Assembly (NCBI RefSeq): GCF_964355755.1
Contig: NC_092672.1
Location: 22,643,237 to 22,707,236 of the forward strand
Reading direction: 5' to 3'
DNA from: Antedon mediterranea
Taxonomy: Eukaryota; Animalia; Echinodermata
Length of the DNA: 64,000 nucleotides
In this document: positions 1-14,504 of the stretch, piece after piece
Numbering within the stretch: position 1 is the stretch's first letter
How the letters are laid out: every line of letters starts with the position of its first letter
Notes under the pieces: model-generated
Databases searched by the model: none
Told to the model about the DNA's origin: nothing
Seen by the model: the letters and a program-made list of their open reading frames with translations, nothing else
Program-made: the position numbers and the translations under genes

Positions 1-1074
1 TTTATATTCATATAATGTTACTTTCAAAATATATTGATTTATACTACTCTTACTACTTACCACTTGCAGAGGATTTGCAATCTTGCTGTACAGGTATGCT
101 GTTGGCCTGCTAATTGTGGTCGTGTCTTTTCATTTGTTAAAGTTAAAATCACTGGATTATCCTTATTAAATCTACCCTCTCCTGCTAGGGTTATTAACGC
201 CACTGGCGAGGCGTAACAGCTTCCTAACGCTAATCTGCAGCTTAGTTCACATAAAAAAATATGTACACTGCTTAACATAACGCCACCGTCAGTCTGAACA
301 TACCCTAAGACACTGAACAGTACTATGTTTAAAAATAAAAGTGATTAATCAAAGACTCCAGCTGATAACTCCTCCACATAAAACTCCTAGAAAGTAGGAA
401 GCCTTTTGTCCTCTTCCCTGACTGACTGAGCAGATATACCTATGATCTCTCTATTAATAATTTATATTGTAAACCTTATTATGTAAACAGAAATATCAAT
501 GAAATTTCTTCTTCACTAAAAAGTTGTTTAAAGATATGCTACATTATTAGCAATTTACACCTAAATCCAGCCCTCAGTCTTAACCCTTTTCCAACATGCA
601 ATTCGTTTTTTAAGGATATTCACTACATTATTAGCAAATTACCCCCTAAATCCACCCTTTTCCAACATGGCTGTTGAAAAAGTGTGTCATCCAACGGAAT
701 AGTTTTATTGCCAGTATTGTATGTCTGTGGATTTTCCATCTGAATTGACATAGCAGCAATCAATCATTTAATTAAGAAACCTTTGATATCAACAAACGTA
801 TAAGCCAGTTTCGAAGTTACCTACTTCTATTCTAGTTGTAGTTAAATTGTTTCTACTGAATAATGATTTAAACGAAACACAATCGGCCTATAAAATTAGA
901 AGTTAAAAAAAAACTAGAGGTGCCATTTATTATGAATTTCATGTGCGAAAGCATTTCTGGCCATATAGAGGTGTCATTTAACAAAATTTGCTTTAAATCC
1001 CGCTCCCTTTTCAGATCCTGGCCAAGGCCCTGGACATTTGGGCAATCACCTTAAAAGATAGTCCTGCTACCAGC

Positions 1075-2632
1075 CAGTGGTGGCGCCAGCGGGGGGCCGG
1101 GGGGCCAGGGCCCCCCCGTCGGGGAAAGCTGGCCCCCCTGTCGGGGAGTATTGGTCATATTTGTCGGGGAGAAAAATATGATCATTTCTTTTCTGGTAAA
1201 AAATAAAACCATATTAAGTGTACTACTATATATTTTAAGTAACTGCGGCATTCCATTTTTGACGTACGTACGATATACTGACAGCGAAGTAAACGGTATG
1301 ATGTGGTACGCATTTGTCTGGCGGTGTCTCTTTGTACGAATCTTTCATGGCTCACTGCGGTATACGCGTCGACATACATCCAGGGACCAAAATGTGTATT
1401 TTTCAGATTCCAGGCGAAAATCGAAAATTCATTTGCAACTACGCATCGACGTACGTTCATACAGGGATAAAGGTACGAGTTATGTTCTCACGGTTCAGTT
1501 TACGAATTGTTTCAATTTACCAATAACCCTTGGTGTACCGCGTATATGTCCGCTGTCGGTTGGTTGGCCCGAACCATAAAACAGGGTCTGGTCACGTTTC
1601 TTTTCGCGCATAAATCTCGATCTAGGGTAGGTGGGTGAATAGGGTGGCTAGCCACCTCCCTTAATTCTAAAGGGAAAAAAAAGATGCACCAAACCCATGA
1701 CCGTCGCTAGACGCGGATTTGACGCACTTGACTCTTTTTAAGAAGAGTAGGCTAGAGCTATAGTTGTGTAAATAGGCCTACATAGTGAAATAACTATTTA
1801 TGAATTCAAGAGTCTAAAAAGAAAACGCAATTTAAAATCTTCGGAAAATACCCACAACTGAGTTATTTTCAAAACACATGCACTCCCATTACCAGCATCA
1901 CGTTTTCTTAGCTCGCTCCTCGTGTGAATGCTGACGTCATCACTCTCCAAAAAATACACCATTTTCCGCCCTGGTCCGTGTGCAAGCGTTAGCGTGGACC
2001 TGTATATTTACACCCCTGTACAGAGTAGAGTGTAATATCGTGAACTTTTTTCTCGCGTATGAAGGTTTTTTATATAATGGTATACAGTATAAACGAAAAA
2101 ACGAAAAACATGATGTTCTTTTATTATTATTTCATAGGCATAACATAAACATGAAATGTCTTGTTCTATGTACACGGCCGAAAAAACGGCATTTTATTGA
2201 TTTGTGTTATAGACACGGCGATTACGGCAATCATCATTGTATACGGTACTAAATTACATTGAGTTATTCACCCGGCTATAGGGTATATATCTGAGGTTAA
2301 CAGACCACCAAAGCACAGTCGTACACTAAACACATGCACTATCGAGGCATTTTCGGATCAAAGTTTATTATTAGTTCATCGAAAAAGATCCGTATTAGAG
2401 TATTTAGGAAAGATTTATTTAAATTTACATTATTATGTGACATTGTTATTAAATGTAATGGAAACAGTTGCTCTAGCCTATTAAACAGTGTGTAAGCATC
2501 TATTTTTTCAAAATTTTTTGAGGCTCGGGAGGGGGACCCACCCCCGCTTTCGCGCGTACGGCCCCCATGGGGGATTCGGCCCCCCCGTCGGGGAATTTGG
2601 CCCCCCCGTCAGGGAAATCCTGGCGCCACCAC
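1075..2632. mobile_element. Non-autonomous hAT-like DNA transposon with GC-rich subterminal repeats
   Basis: Left end CAGTGGTGGCGCCAG, right end CTGGCGCCACCAC; GGCCCCCCCGTCGGGGA motifs near both ends; CpG-rich interior. Right tip degraded, no TSD seen. Confidence 0.7.
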
Positions 2633-4913
2633 CACCCCTGTAAATAATTCTAAGCATGTGAAACAAAATACTGATTATTGATTATTTGAAAGTGGATAAT
2701 TTAAAAACATAAAATATGTTGGTATCACATGGATGACACACACACACACAGAGTGATATCACTTTGTTAGTTTTTCTGTCTTGTGCTGCTATTTGTATCG
2801 TGGTATTCTAGCTTTAAAGTTTAAAAAAAAATTAAGATATAAATGAGTTGAATATTTATTATTGAAATGAGTATTTATTATTCAATTACATAATAAAAAA
2901 TTAGTTTTGATAGCTGAATTTAATTAGCTTGGTGTTTATGAACATACTACATTAATACATAACTTGCTGGCTCATCTTGATTGTGCTAAATACTTATGTC
3001 ATGAGGTAATTTCCAGATTGATCGTAATCAAAACGGTACTGGGTTTGGTCTACTAGCGTTCCTGCTCCCAACCAGTACATCCATTCATAGAAGCCTTAAT
3101 GAAGTAAGCCTACCTGGTGGTGGCCATAGAACGGTCCCGAGATAACGACTATACTTCGGCTTTAGTCGATAGAAGAAGAAGATTGAATAAATTGTTAGAG
3201 ATAGAGTATACGATGTTATGATTATGTGTAGATATGTGGTTTGTTTTTTTTATTCCAATGATGTTATGTATTTAATAAATTTGTTATATCAATACTTATG
3301 CTAGGGTTTTATTTCTAGATTTTTCGTCCTCTTTTAATACTATACAATCAAATATTTAATGAAATCAGTAAAACAGCTTATAGAATAATAGGAACTAAAG
3401 AGAACACTAAAGATATTGTTAAAAGTGCAATAAGTAAAAAGTAATTATGTCGGATGAGTATCACCCTTCCTCATCATTACCTTGTCTTAAGTACCAAGAT
3501 GGAAAACCAATAGGATGAGAAACTTGTTTCTTACTACTGCAATGAGCCAATTCAATGAACTTGGAAACATTGATCATTTTATGCTATACCCTTACACACA
3601 CCAATCTTGCTTGTATTTTGTATTTTAAACGATTTATTTTATCTGTATTTTACAAAATTTTAACATTTTTTAACTCATTTTTATATCTTTATGTGAATTT
3701 TTAACTTGAACAAACAAAAATAATGTACATATTTTTCTGTGTTTGACCATGAATAAATGAATACTAGGCCGGTAATTTGTTTAGGTTTATAACTAAATAG
3801 GCCTCTGTAATAATATTCAATTCAAATTGCTCTATCCTAATTATAGTTTTCAAAGTATTAAATACAAAATTACTAAAGAAATATAAATTGGAGACTGCTT
3901 TATTTTTTTTATACATAAGCAATATTATAATAATAATAATAATAAAACAATTTAAGCATTTTACTAATGTAATATACAGTACATAAGTACTTTCCTATCT
4001 ACCAGATTGTTGATTCAGACAGCTTTAACCAGTTAAAGATTTTGATAATTTCCTTGGATGATACTATTTTTTACTGAAACCACTCTGAGTCTAACTAAAT
4101 ACCTGATCTTAATACAAATTTTAAAGATGCCAATAAATATAAGTTATTAAAAGATACTAGGGATAAAATTAGCACTGTCAGTGTCAATTGAAATGAAAAT
4201 AGGCTGTTATATAGTTTACAGGGTAAACAAAATTTGGTTCAAAACTTAGATTTAGACTCTCAATATAAAATCTGGTAGTGATGATGATACACCTTTAAAG
4301 CTGTTTTACAAGTTATCAACTTTTCTTTTGCATTAGTGTTTAGTGGTTACAATAATATATCAACCACAAAATGATTGTCATCCCTTTCTGTGTACCAATC
4401 CAATTGTACCCAATGTTCCAAATAAATCGATCAAAAATATTTTAATAAAGTTCCACAAATATAAAATTTATGGAGGGCGACATTCAAGTTTATCTAAATT
4501 GTGTGCACAATAAAAAGAAGTTTGCTATTCATTTTGTATAACAAACACATGGAATATTTTAAAACACATTTTGTTTCTATTGTTCACTAATCGTTGTATA
4601 CTTTATTGTTTTATAGCATTGCTATGTTTTAATATTGTTGGTGTTCCACTTTAGTGCTTTTTGACAATTAGGCTTAAATATACTGTAGTTGTTACTGTGT
4701 GCAAAACAATATCAGTTTTTTGTAGCAACAGTGTACAGTTATATGTTATAATTTAAAATATAATCTTTAATGTGTATTATTATCAATACATAATGATATA
4801 CATTATGTTTTTTCATGCTATGGTCATAAATTTCCATTTGAAACACTTTATAAAACATTGAAAACAATAGTGCCTTGACCATTTTATTAGATTAATATTT
4901 AATCAATAGTTGA

Positions 4914-5206
4914 AGGTGTATTGTCCTCAAAATCATGAAAAATGAAGATTAATTAAATCAGATTTTGAATATGTTATTTTGTAGGGTTTTATTATAATAA
5001 AGTTAATCACTTCCGTAGAAAAAAAATGGGAAAAAAAAAAATGTTTTCACTTATAAAATGACAAATAAATGGTTAAATATAAACCAATTAGCTACCAGTC
5101 ACATTGAACATAGGATCAAATTGTTGGTCAAAATGGATAACTGTTATGTTACATTCAAATGGCACATTCAACAAAAATGTTAAGAGTTTTTTTCAGGGGG
5201 ACATCT
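4914..5206. mobile_element. Short degenerate MITE of the same Kolobok-like family as 7973-11248
   Basis: ttga|AGGTGTATTGTCCTC...TTTCAGGGGGACATCT|ttaa; subterminal sequence similar to both ends of 7973-11248. Confidence 0.7.
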
Positions 5207-5268
5207 TTAACAAAAACACTTAACATTTCACAAACCTTCAATTGTTCTTACATATGATTTTTTATTTT

Positions 5269-6056
5269 TAGTCGCGTGGAAGCGACTCTATAGTTCACTA
5301 TGTCGGTCGGTTGGTCTGTCTGTCTGTCTGTCTGTCGGTCTGTCTGTCGGTCCGGTATCACTATGCGTTTTATCGCTTTCTGACCTTATCTTGATATCAG
5401 TTTAATCTAGCTAGGTCAATTTTTCACAGTATATTCCTTATGGCCAGGAATCAATGTGGTTATGTTTTCACGGTGCGCAATAAAAAATTACGCGGTCTAC
5501 GCACGATTTAACGAAATCACGTTTGTAATCATATCTTCACAACCATGAATCACAATTAAATAAAATTTGGTACTCATAAATTTCAGGGCATAAATCATCA
5601 TATGGCAATACAATTACGTGCGTAGCGCATGTAACGCATGCGTACGCGCGCTTAACATTTTCAAAATTTATTTTCGATGAAATAAGAGTACATTTCAGGC
5701 AATTTTAAGCGTTTACAAAATTGCCATGAGTGCGCATATTTGTGCGCGCGCACTGCGCGTTAAATGTTATTGCGCACTCTTTTTGCCCGATTTCTGTTTT
5801 CTTGACTTACTTTTCAACTCGAAATTACGTTATACGAGCACGTCGAAAGTGACAGGCTACGCACGTGTAAATTAAAAAAAAATAAATGTTTTTAAACATT
5901 TCAACATTTTTAAACATCTTCAGTAATTTCGGTCAGTATAGTTCACTATGTCGGTCGGTCGGTCTCTCTGTCTGTCTGTCTGTCGGTCTGTCGGTCTGTC
6001 TGTCGGTCCGGTATCACTATGCATTGTAGCACGTGACTTAATGGCTGTTGGCCTTG
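5269..6056 (+). mobile_element. HINE/DINE-1-like non-autonomous Helentron (family C)
   Basis: Inserted in a T-run without TSD; 5' hairpin GTCGCGTGGAAGCGAC; (GTCK)n microsatellite block duplicated (about 5290-5366 and 5939-6022); 3' subTIR ACGTGACT plus GGCTGTTGGCC stem-loop. Confidence 0.8.
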
Positions 6057-7972
6057 TTTTATATGAAGTGCAATTTTTACAAATTGTTTTTTTAGACAAG
6101 TCACTTAAATGACCTATGATCCCTGTGTATTATAATGATCAAAGATGCTAGTTGTACTGAATATTTTAGTTTTTATTCATCATCTTTATTAATGAATTTT
6201 GCCATATACTCTTTTATTGTCAATACACTACCAATCTGTCCACCACCACCTCCTCATTAAATAGTGAAGAGCAATGATAATATACACCCATTTTAGACCC
6301 ATTTTTAGTTTTCCATAATACATTACAAGGGCCTATACATTTTATATTACACAGTGCCCTCACTCATCATTTATTTTACTTTTTAAAATTTCTTTTTTTG
6401 TTCGCACTTTCAGTACCAGTGTACTGTTCAACAAAAACCAATGTACTTGACAGTGATTATTTTGCTTTTTATTAAAAGAAAGAAATTAACAAACACAAAT
6501 AAAAAACAAAACTTGGTCTACTAAAATCCGTGAATAAGTGCATATATATTAAAAGCTTTGGTTGCAGTGCAAGTTAGTTGACCAATAACCAGTAATTTGT
6601 TTAGTTTTGAGTGGGTGTACTGTAATAATATCATAGGCTATAAAACATGTACATTTACTATCAACATTTATATCCTGATGAATTTCAGCATTTCTTAAAA
6701 GCTAAATGGAACTTAGTCTGCAACCTAGTTTTCCTGATAATATCTATCTGAGATCAAACTTTTTACACTTATTGATAGATTTGTTTGATAATAAAATAAA
6801 GGGATTGTCATTGGCAACCCTTATCACCATGGTTAGGAAAAGACTGAATAACACAAATTGTTAAAGACTGTTCGTTTCATGTCCAGGATTTGAATTATTT
6901 ATTTTTTATGCGGGGTAATTACTGTACTATTAGTCAATCAATGAATTCTACTACAAATAGAAATATGTTGTAAATGCAATATTGTGGGCATGCAATGCAT
7001 GTGGTGGGGCGTTTACTCAAGGAAATAGTCCAAATGATGTTCTATAGGGACGTAATATTCGTGGGGGATTATTCAAAAGAGGGTGTTTAATCAAATTGTC
7101 ATCCATGCACCCTACAGGTCCCCATCTCTGAAACCTATCAGCACCACAACCACACAGGTTCAGTACATTTTCTAGTAAAAAGACCCCTACCTTCATCAAC
7201 AACCCAGCAAATGGGCATTTGATATGGAACACAATCTAAAATGTTTGTCACCGAAGTTGAGCTTGAGTGACAGTCGATACTGAAACACACATGGAATTTG
7301 ATTTAGTGATTTGAATAAAATAAATTTAATTAATTTCAAACAATGACAATTTATTTAATTTATTTAAAAATTGATATTAAAATATAAAGCATTTTGTTCA
7401 TTTATTCTGGGGATGGTAATGGGGTAAAAAATAAATAATAATTTAAGTATAAGCTAGTAAAATAGTTTGTTTATCAGAATTGCTATCGAAGTTTACTCAA
7501 TAATATAGTTCTGCTGTTACCACTATTACATTCTTGAATGATTAATTAACACCAAACATGTTGAGTGCTTTCTGCCTTTTTAGCTTACATACATTTTGCC
7601 ATTTTGGTGCTTAATATCAGGTGAATAGTGGTAAAGTTGGCACCACCTGCAGTTGATTGAATGTATCAGTTAAATGTTCTTGATTTTAATTTCCAGGGCA
7701 TAGACCTATAATCATTGATACAACCGAAGTATCTTAACCCTTATCTATCTTATCTAGTTTGTTAACTCTTCTCAAAACGAATTCACAAGGTTCTTCTAGA
7801 TAGTGTAGTGTTTTTTTTGTTTGTTTTTTTGATCACTTGCCTAATTTCAGGTCTTGAAATTTAAAAATGAATATTTGGTTGAAATAAATGAAAAAATGAT
7901 GAAAATGAGAGCCTCTGATTAGGCTGTACACTTTTATGTTTCAAACAGTATAGTTGTAAAACAAAATGTTAA

Positions 7973-10900
7973 AGATGTATTGTCCCCCAAAAAATGAAAA
8001 ATAAAGATGAAAAAAATCAAATTTTGAATAGACGGTTTTGTAGTTAACATAAAGTTATTCACTTCCACCGAAAAAAAATCCGAAAAAAATATTGATTTCG
8101 CTTATAAAAAAATCAAAATAAGTTTACCATTTTTTCGAACTCATCGGCTCAGAAATTAGGCCGGTAGAGCTAACTCATACATATGCATGATATGTTAATG
8201 AGCATCCACACAGCAGAGATCTGATCTAACAATGGACGATGCACGTTGTATGTACAACAACACCACCAGAGATCGACGCGATTCGACTGTGGGTTTCCCT
8301 GGCCTGATCGTATAAATATGTAAAGCTGAGCTGTTAATTTGTCGGTAAGTAGGCCTAGACGGTTATTTTAAAAATAATAATATATATAACGCAATAATAA
8401 CAGGAAGGTAAATTAATTAACTTAACCTGGGATTTTTTCAGTTCAGGGCTAGGCCTAGAATAATTAATACATGCTGCTGCATATTACTAGTAGGCTAGTA
8501 GCAAGCAGACTGTGACAATCGGGTCCCTGCAGAAGATGCCCAGCTAGGCCCTATCTATACATTGTACTTGTTATGCGCGATTTGAACGATTTGCGCAATT
8601 TGAAATTGCGCAAAAAAAATCCTTGCGCAATTTGAATTGAAACATGTGTTTCAAATTGCGCAAGCAACGTATTAAATTGCGCAAGTAATCTGCAAATTGC
8701 GCAAGGTTTTTCGACAGATTGTGAAATCATGCACACCCATATTTTTATAGTATTTAATTTCTAAGAATGATTCAAAATTAAAGATAAATATCACATTTCC
8801 TTATTTTAGTAGTGCAAATATTGTTATAAGTTAGCATACCGTCGAAGAACCGACGAAGGAAAACGAAGCGGTGGTGTTCCACCAGGCGGGCGCGGCGCGG
8901 GCGGCCGGCTATACTAGGCCTACTCTAGCCTAGCTAGGGTCTGGACTACTGATACTGACTAGGTTACATGGCCTAGCTTAAACTAATATTAAAAACTTAA
9001 AAAGTGAGTATTAAACATTATCTTCATTGAAATGGTCTTATTTATATAATAAAATACTAAATTTTAAACTCCTCTGCCTAGGCCTAGCCTAGCCATGTAT
9101 GGGAAAATTTACAGTTCGTTTTCAAATTGCGCAAAGGTGTCATATTGCGCAAGAACTATCTTGCGCAATTTACAAATTGTGCAGCGCAATTTAAAATTGC
9201 GCAAAGATTTTCTTGCGCAATTTGAAATTGCGCAAGTTGATTGCGCAATTTGAAATTGCGCAAAAAAATCCTTGCGCAATTTTAAATTGCGCAAGAATTC
9301 TTTGCGCAATTTCAAATTGCGCAAGGATTTTTTTGCGCAATTTCAAATTGCGCAAATCATTCAAATCGCGCATAACATACTCTTCATAGACTGGCCAAGG
9401 CTATATGCCATCAATCTTAGCTACATTCCGAAAATACAGCCAGCCAGTTGAAGCTTGTTTAACTAATTTTTATGATAAAAATAAAACAAACATTTTTCAG
9501 GGAAAATGGTTGCAATACAATACAAGCCTGAAATTGAGAACCTTCCAGCAGCACTGTACAAACAAGTAGACAGAGGGGAAAAGTCAGCTTAGCCATTTTA
9601 CAACACAAACAAATGTTCTCTGTACTGTAGTAAGTCAAATATTTATTTTCTCTTTTTATAAGTTATAACATTATAAGTAATGTGTTTTAATTACCATAGA
9701 AAGGTAGTATACTTATTTGACTATGTCAAAGTAAGCAATTTCACTAGCCCAATTTTGCACTAAATATGCATGATCTATTTTTTCAAGATTTTCATACTTT
9801 GCTTTTACTTTTTTTAAAGACGTTGAGCTGATGAAGACTGGAACAGAGGTCACCCAAAGACAACAATGATAGACTCGGTATTGGAATATGATTGGATATT
9901 GCAGGAAAAATATTTCTGACTCTCCTGCTGCATTCGGCCAATATGTTCTTGTCCAGCTTGTAAAATATTGTATCATTTTTTTTGTATTATATGTACAGTA
10001 TATTATTTTGTAAACATAACATTCAATAAATTAAAAAAAAACTACTACAACAGTACACAGGATAAATTCTTCAAATTTACTTACACTTCATAATATTACA
10101 GTGCAAAAGGAGTTAATAAAATATATATATACAGTATATCTGATTGAATTCCTGTATTGTTTTTTGTGTCAATTTGTCTACTAATTATCAATGTGTTGAT
10201 TGTGGCAGTAATTACGACAGCTATAGTCTTCTAAGATCGCTCACATCCATTACAAAGTGTCATTTTAATAGTAAGAAACGTTTCAATAAATTGTGAATGT
10301 TGCCACTGTACGATACATTTTATGTTTCTCACTACTTGCTCTTATTGTTCAATCAATCAACCTAAAAAAAAAAAGAAATTTGTGTCAAAATATCTGCATA
10401 AAATGTTTATTTGCGGAATGTTAATTTGAACCTATTGCATTTGATACAGAAAATATTTTTAAAATATTGCATCAGTAAAACATCCAAAACAATATTTAGA
10501 TTTTTTTTTTTTTTTAATTTTCACTGCCAAATAGATAGTTGAAATCTTTAAAAATTAAACCAATTCATCATGATTAAAACAAAAATACATCCCTTCTGGT
10601 GGTGTTCTACTGTAGCCCTAGCTAGCAGTGTACTGCCTAGGCCTACTACACTCTCTACTTCTAGAGACAGAAGTAGGCAGCAGTTAGGCTACTCGAGACT
10701 GTCAGTGCTAGTAGTAGTAGTAGTTACTAGTAGGCCTAGTAGTAGACTAGTAGTACAGTAGCAGCAAATTCGGGCCTAGGCCTAGCTAGGCCTCTCCTGT
10801 TAGCGAAACAAAAACTCACCTAAATGAATAAGATTCAACATCAAAGTTGCCAACTGTAATTCTAACTTAGCATTCTGCTAGCTATAGTTTTCGTGTTTTC

Positions 10901-11248
10901 TTCAAGATTCGTCTCGCATCACTACTCGATCTCTCACGCATGCATTGCATGCTATCGTTGTTGGCTGTTGATTTGGAAAGCATCATCATCCACACGATGT
11001 ATCCATACAATATGAATATTTATGAGCTAACTCAGGTCAAGGGTGAAATTAAACCGGAACACATTTGTCTTCCAGACAAATAGCTTCCGGTTGGTTAATT
11101 TTTGCATTAAATTGCGATTTTCTCGTGTAAAAAATTATTTTTTTCAATCCAAATTGAGGTCAAAGTGAATAACTTTTATGTGCAATTAAAATGGCCTATT
11201 CAACAAAAATATTGAAAAAAATTTTTTTTTCAGGGGGACAATACATCT
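7973..11248. mobile_element. Kolobok-like non-autonomous DNA transposon, 3276 bp
   Basis: Perfect 16-bp TIR AGATGTATTGTCCCCC; TTAA on both sides (7969-7972, 11249-11252); AG...CT termini fit Kolobok better than piggyBac. Confidence 0.82.
8569..9377. mobile_element. Nested Ginger-like MITE with arrays of the palindrome AATTGCGCAATT
   Basis: TGTTATGCGCGATTTGAA...TTCAAATCGCGCATAACA long imperfect TIR; 4-bp TSD TACT (8565-8568, 9378-9381). Confidence 0.8.
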
Positions 11249-14200
11249 TTAATGATAATGGTTTATTACATTTTATAGACATGTTATTATGGCTACGTAT
11301 GGCTGTGTATTAATTATATAAACAGTTTAATTTTCTATTAATACCAAACATGTTGGATAATCATTTGACTAATATCAAAATAAGTTTATTGTTTAATAAT
11401 ATTTTGCTTTTATAAATAATCATAGTTATATCTAAATAAACTACCAAAAAGTAATGAATTTATTATTTAAAGTATTTATTATTCCAATACACAACAAATT
11501 AGTTTTGCTTATTATTACTCTGAATCTTTTTAGTTTCTTTGTAATAATAGTTAATTCTTGTTTATATTGTTTTAAAAGTATTTGTACTAAAAAAATATTA
11601 GTTTAATAAGTAGTATTTTTAATGATTTCAGTAGGCTGTGAATCATTTTAGTTGTATGCCTAATTACTGTAATTATACCATAAATTGTCAATATTATCTT
11701 ATAGTTTAAAAAGTATAAACTAAAATATAATAAATTAAGACTCTTTGTACACATGTTGTACATCATTGCCTTTTTTGTTGTTGTACATCATTGCTTTTTT
11801 ATACCGTTGCCACCGCATTTTCGGTCTTTGCAATACCCATGCTTATACTGTTATATACATTAATATCTTTCCTTTTTTAATAGTGCCATCTATGTTTTGA
11901 TATTTTCCACAAATGTTATAGTGCACGCTATTAGTGTGGACATAACTATCTTAAAACCTCTCAATATTTCATTTGTTCAAGTTGAGATGTCATATACTTT
12001 AATTCATCGTTCACATCAGCAGTTGATTGAATGTAATGTTTAAATATTATCTACTCAACAAATATGTTCCATTTGTATAATGTACAGTACAAAGCATTAG
12101 CAAACCTTTACATTATTTTTCTTTTTGCGCATTTAAATACCCTATAAAGTATGAATACACATGTGGTTGATAACCACAATAAAATAAAATATAGATAAAT
12201 TGGCCAGACAAATTGGTACGCATACTGGCCCACATCTTTCTGTTTCACTACATTATACTGGTACTGCCAGTAACTGCTGCTGCTAATAACTTATCAATTC
12301 CAATAATTCAGACAACAATGAACACAAATAAAAAACAAAAAAAAAAACAACTTTCTACCATAAAAAAGACTTTCTGAGATAACAGTTTTAATTATTGTTC
12401 TTTCTTCATTAAATGATATTTTTTAAATTGATATTCTATTTAATAATTTAAGAAACAAAGATTTATTATCAATTATTTTTGTTTAAAAATCAGTAGTAAA
12501 CATTTTGTGTAACATAAATATAGTTTGAATTACTAGACTATAGTACTATGCATATTCTTAGTGGCATTACTCACTAAGGTTGGAGTGACCTACTCATACC
12601 CATACATTCTAGTGAACAAAAAAATGTATAATTTTTCATGAGCCTTTGTTGTACAGCAGCAGCCGACAAACGTACTCGCTAATAAAAAAATTCATTATCT
12701 ATATATACCCCATTCGCCAAAAATATTTACCATAGAGGAAGTATTGTTTTGACCATTAATTATTCAATGATAATCTGACGGTAATAATACTTAGCCCCTA
12801 TGTTGACAGCCAAAAAATTGTTTATTGAACATAGGTCAAACTAATGTCTATATACATCTCATAGACTCTCTGTGCGCATGCCCAGTTTGAGTTAAAAAAT
12901 TCCCATTTAGACTCTTTTCCCAGACGTGCTTTGAGGTGTGCTCATGTCCAGTTTGTGTTTCTAAATACCCATTTTTTCAGCCTTAATAAACTATTTTAAG
13001 CCTGCATTGTAAATGTTTCCTAATGCTTCCATTCTCTTGAATGTAACTGCCTACAAAAAAAAAATTGTTGTGTACTTTTTGAAAATTTACTTTTTCATTA
13101 ATTTTTTTTACTGAAGTATAAAACATTTCAATAGAATAAGCAATGATTGGAACATGTGATACAGCACTTTATTTGTTTATTGGTATACTCAGTATGCATG
13201 GTCTACTAGGAAAGTTGTATGTAGCCTCAGTGAATATTATTCACATCCTATACACAATGTATATTATTCCACTGTTTGTCTTCAATGTTCATCAAAATAA
13301 TATATTAATATTTATTAGCTTGTTATAAAATCATTAGTTATAGGATTTATAGTATAGATAATTTTTAGTTGCATTGAATCTTTTTCAAATGTTGGTATAT
13401 ATACATGTGAATAAATAATGTTTATTTCTTTGTTATAATTACTGTATAATGATTTATTTCCAGTGATTTTTTTTTATATCTTTGAATTAAAAAGAATAAC
13501 AATTTTTATGAATTTGTTTTAATGTAAATTTTATTAATTTTTTGTAAGTCAATTCAATAAGTATAACACAAATAATAAAGATCTTAAAATCTATTAAACT
13601 GTATAAATGTTAAGTTTGCATTTCTTATGTACTGTATTGATTTTCAGATTCAATATTTTTCACATTGATATGATTTGTTAGGTTCTTGGTATTCTGGCAT
13701 CAGCCAAACCTTTACCCATTTTAATTCTCTGACAGGCTTGAGCTATTTATTTCAGGGAGGTATAAAAATGGTCATGGTATTTCTAAAAACTGTCCATTTG
13801 ATCTAACAACTTTAAAAAATGAAACAAATATGGTTCAAAAAGATGTCTACAATTAAATTGTCCATCTTTTTTTTATCAGATTAAACTCAAGATTAACATT
13901 GTTACAATCAATATTTAGACTAATATGCTACACTTGCAAGAACTTGTAATAGCTAAACTCTACCACCACACAATAGAGCAATGAACTATTCTTTGCTCTT
14001 ATCATCACATAAAGGATAATTAACATAATGAAGTTAGTTAAACATGCCCCTGAAAGTAAAAGTTTGTATGCCAAACCTTCAATAATTTAATATTTAAAAA
14101 AAAATATATAAATAAAACTAAAAAGTGATTGATATTTAAATATCAGCAACAACATTTTGACATTAAAATTGAAATAATACAAATTTGTATAAAAGTATAT

Positions 14201-14405
14201 AAAATAATTATCATATTAAAAAAAAATGTATACAAAAGTAGAAATCAAATTCAGAAACTAATTTGACTTGGTTGCATTGCATATGATTATGCAGTAAATA
14301 GTTGCAAATTGATTTTTGTAAAGTAACCCTCTGTATAAATTACATAACAAATGAATATGCGCAACTGTAAGATATAACCAATATTGTATGTATTTCATAT
14401 TATAG

Positions 14406-14504
14406 AATGGTTGGACAGCTTTGCATTTAGCAGCAGCCTCTGGAGAAACAGACTGTTGCAGTCTGCTGGTGAATGCAGGAGCAGGTGTCAATGTATCAGA
14501 TGAA
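14406..14504 (+). CDS. Ankyrin-repeat exon (99 nt, phase 0-0)
   Basis: tatag|AAT...GAA|gtaagt; NGWTALHLAAASGETDCCSLLVNAGAGVNVSDE is one canonical 33-aa ankyrin repeat. Confidence 0.92.

Noticed and set aside
34-278. ORFs at the window start, with a minus-strand GTAAGT donor near 55-60
   Set aside because: No domain similarity or partner exon visible; may be a transposon remnant.
1051-2252. Overlapping ORFs in the GC-richer block
   Set aside because: Inside a non-autonomous hAT-like element; no recognisable transposase motifs.
3017-3103. 87-nt phase-0 open segment with ttccag/gtaagc boundaries (IDRNQNGTGFGLLAFLLPTSTSIHRSLNE)
   Set aside because: No ankyrin or other motif and a weak polypyrimidine tract; cannot be supported as an exon without RNA data.
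9109-9373. LRNLKLRK-repeat ORFs resembling LRRs (also 8551-8736)
   Set aside because: Translation of AATTGCGCAATT palindrome arrays of the MITE.
9713-9976. 87-aa minus-strand ORF inside the Kolobok-like element
   Set aside because: No clear transposase, THAP or KolX motif recognised.
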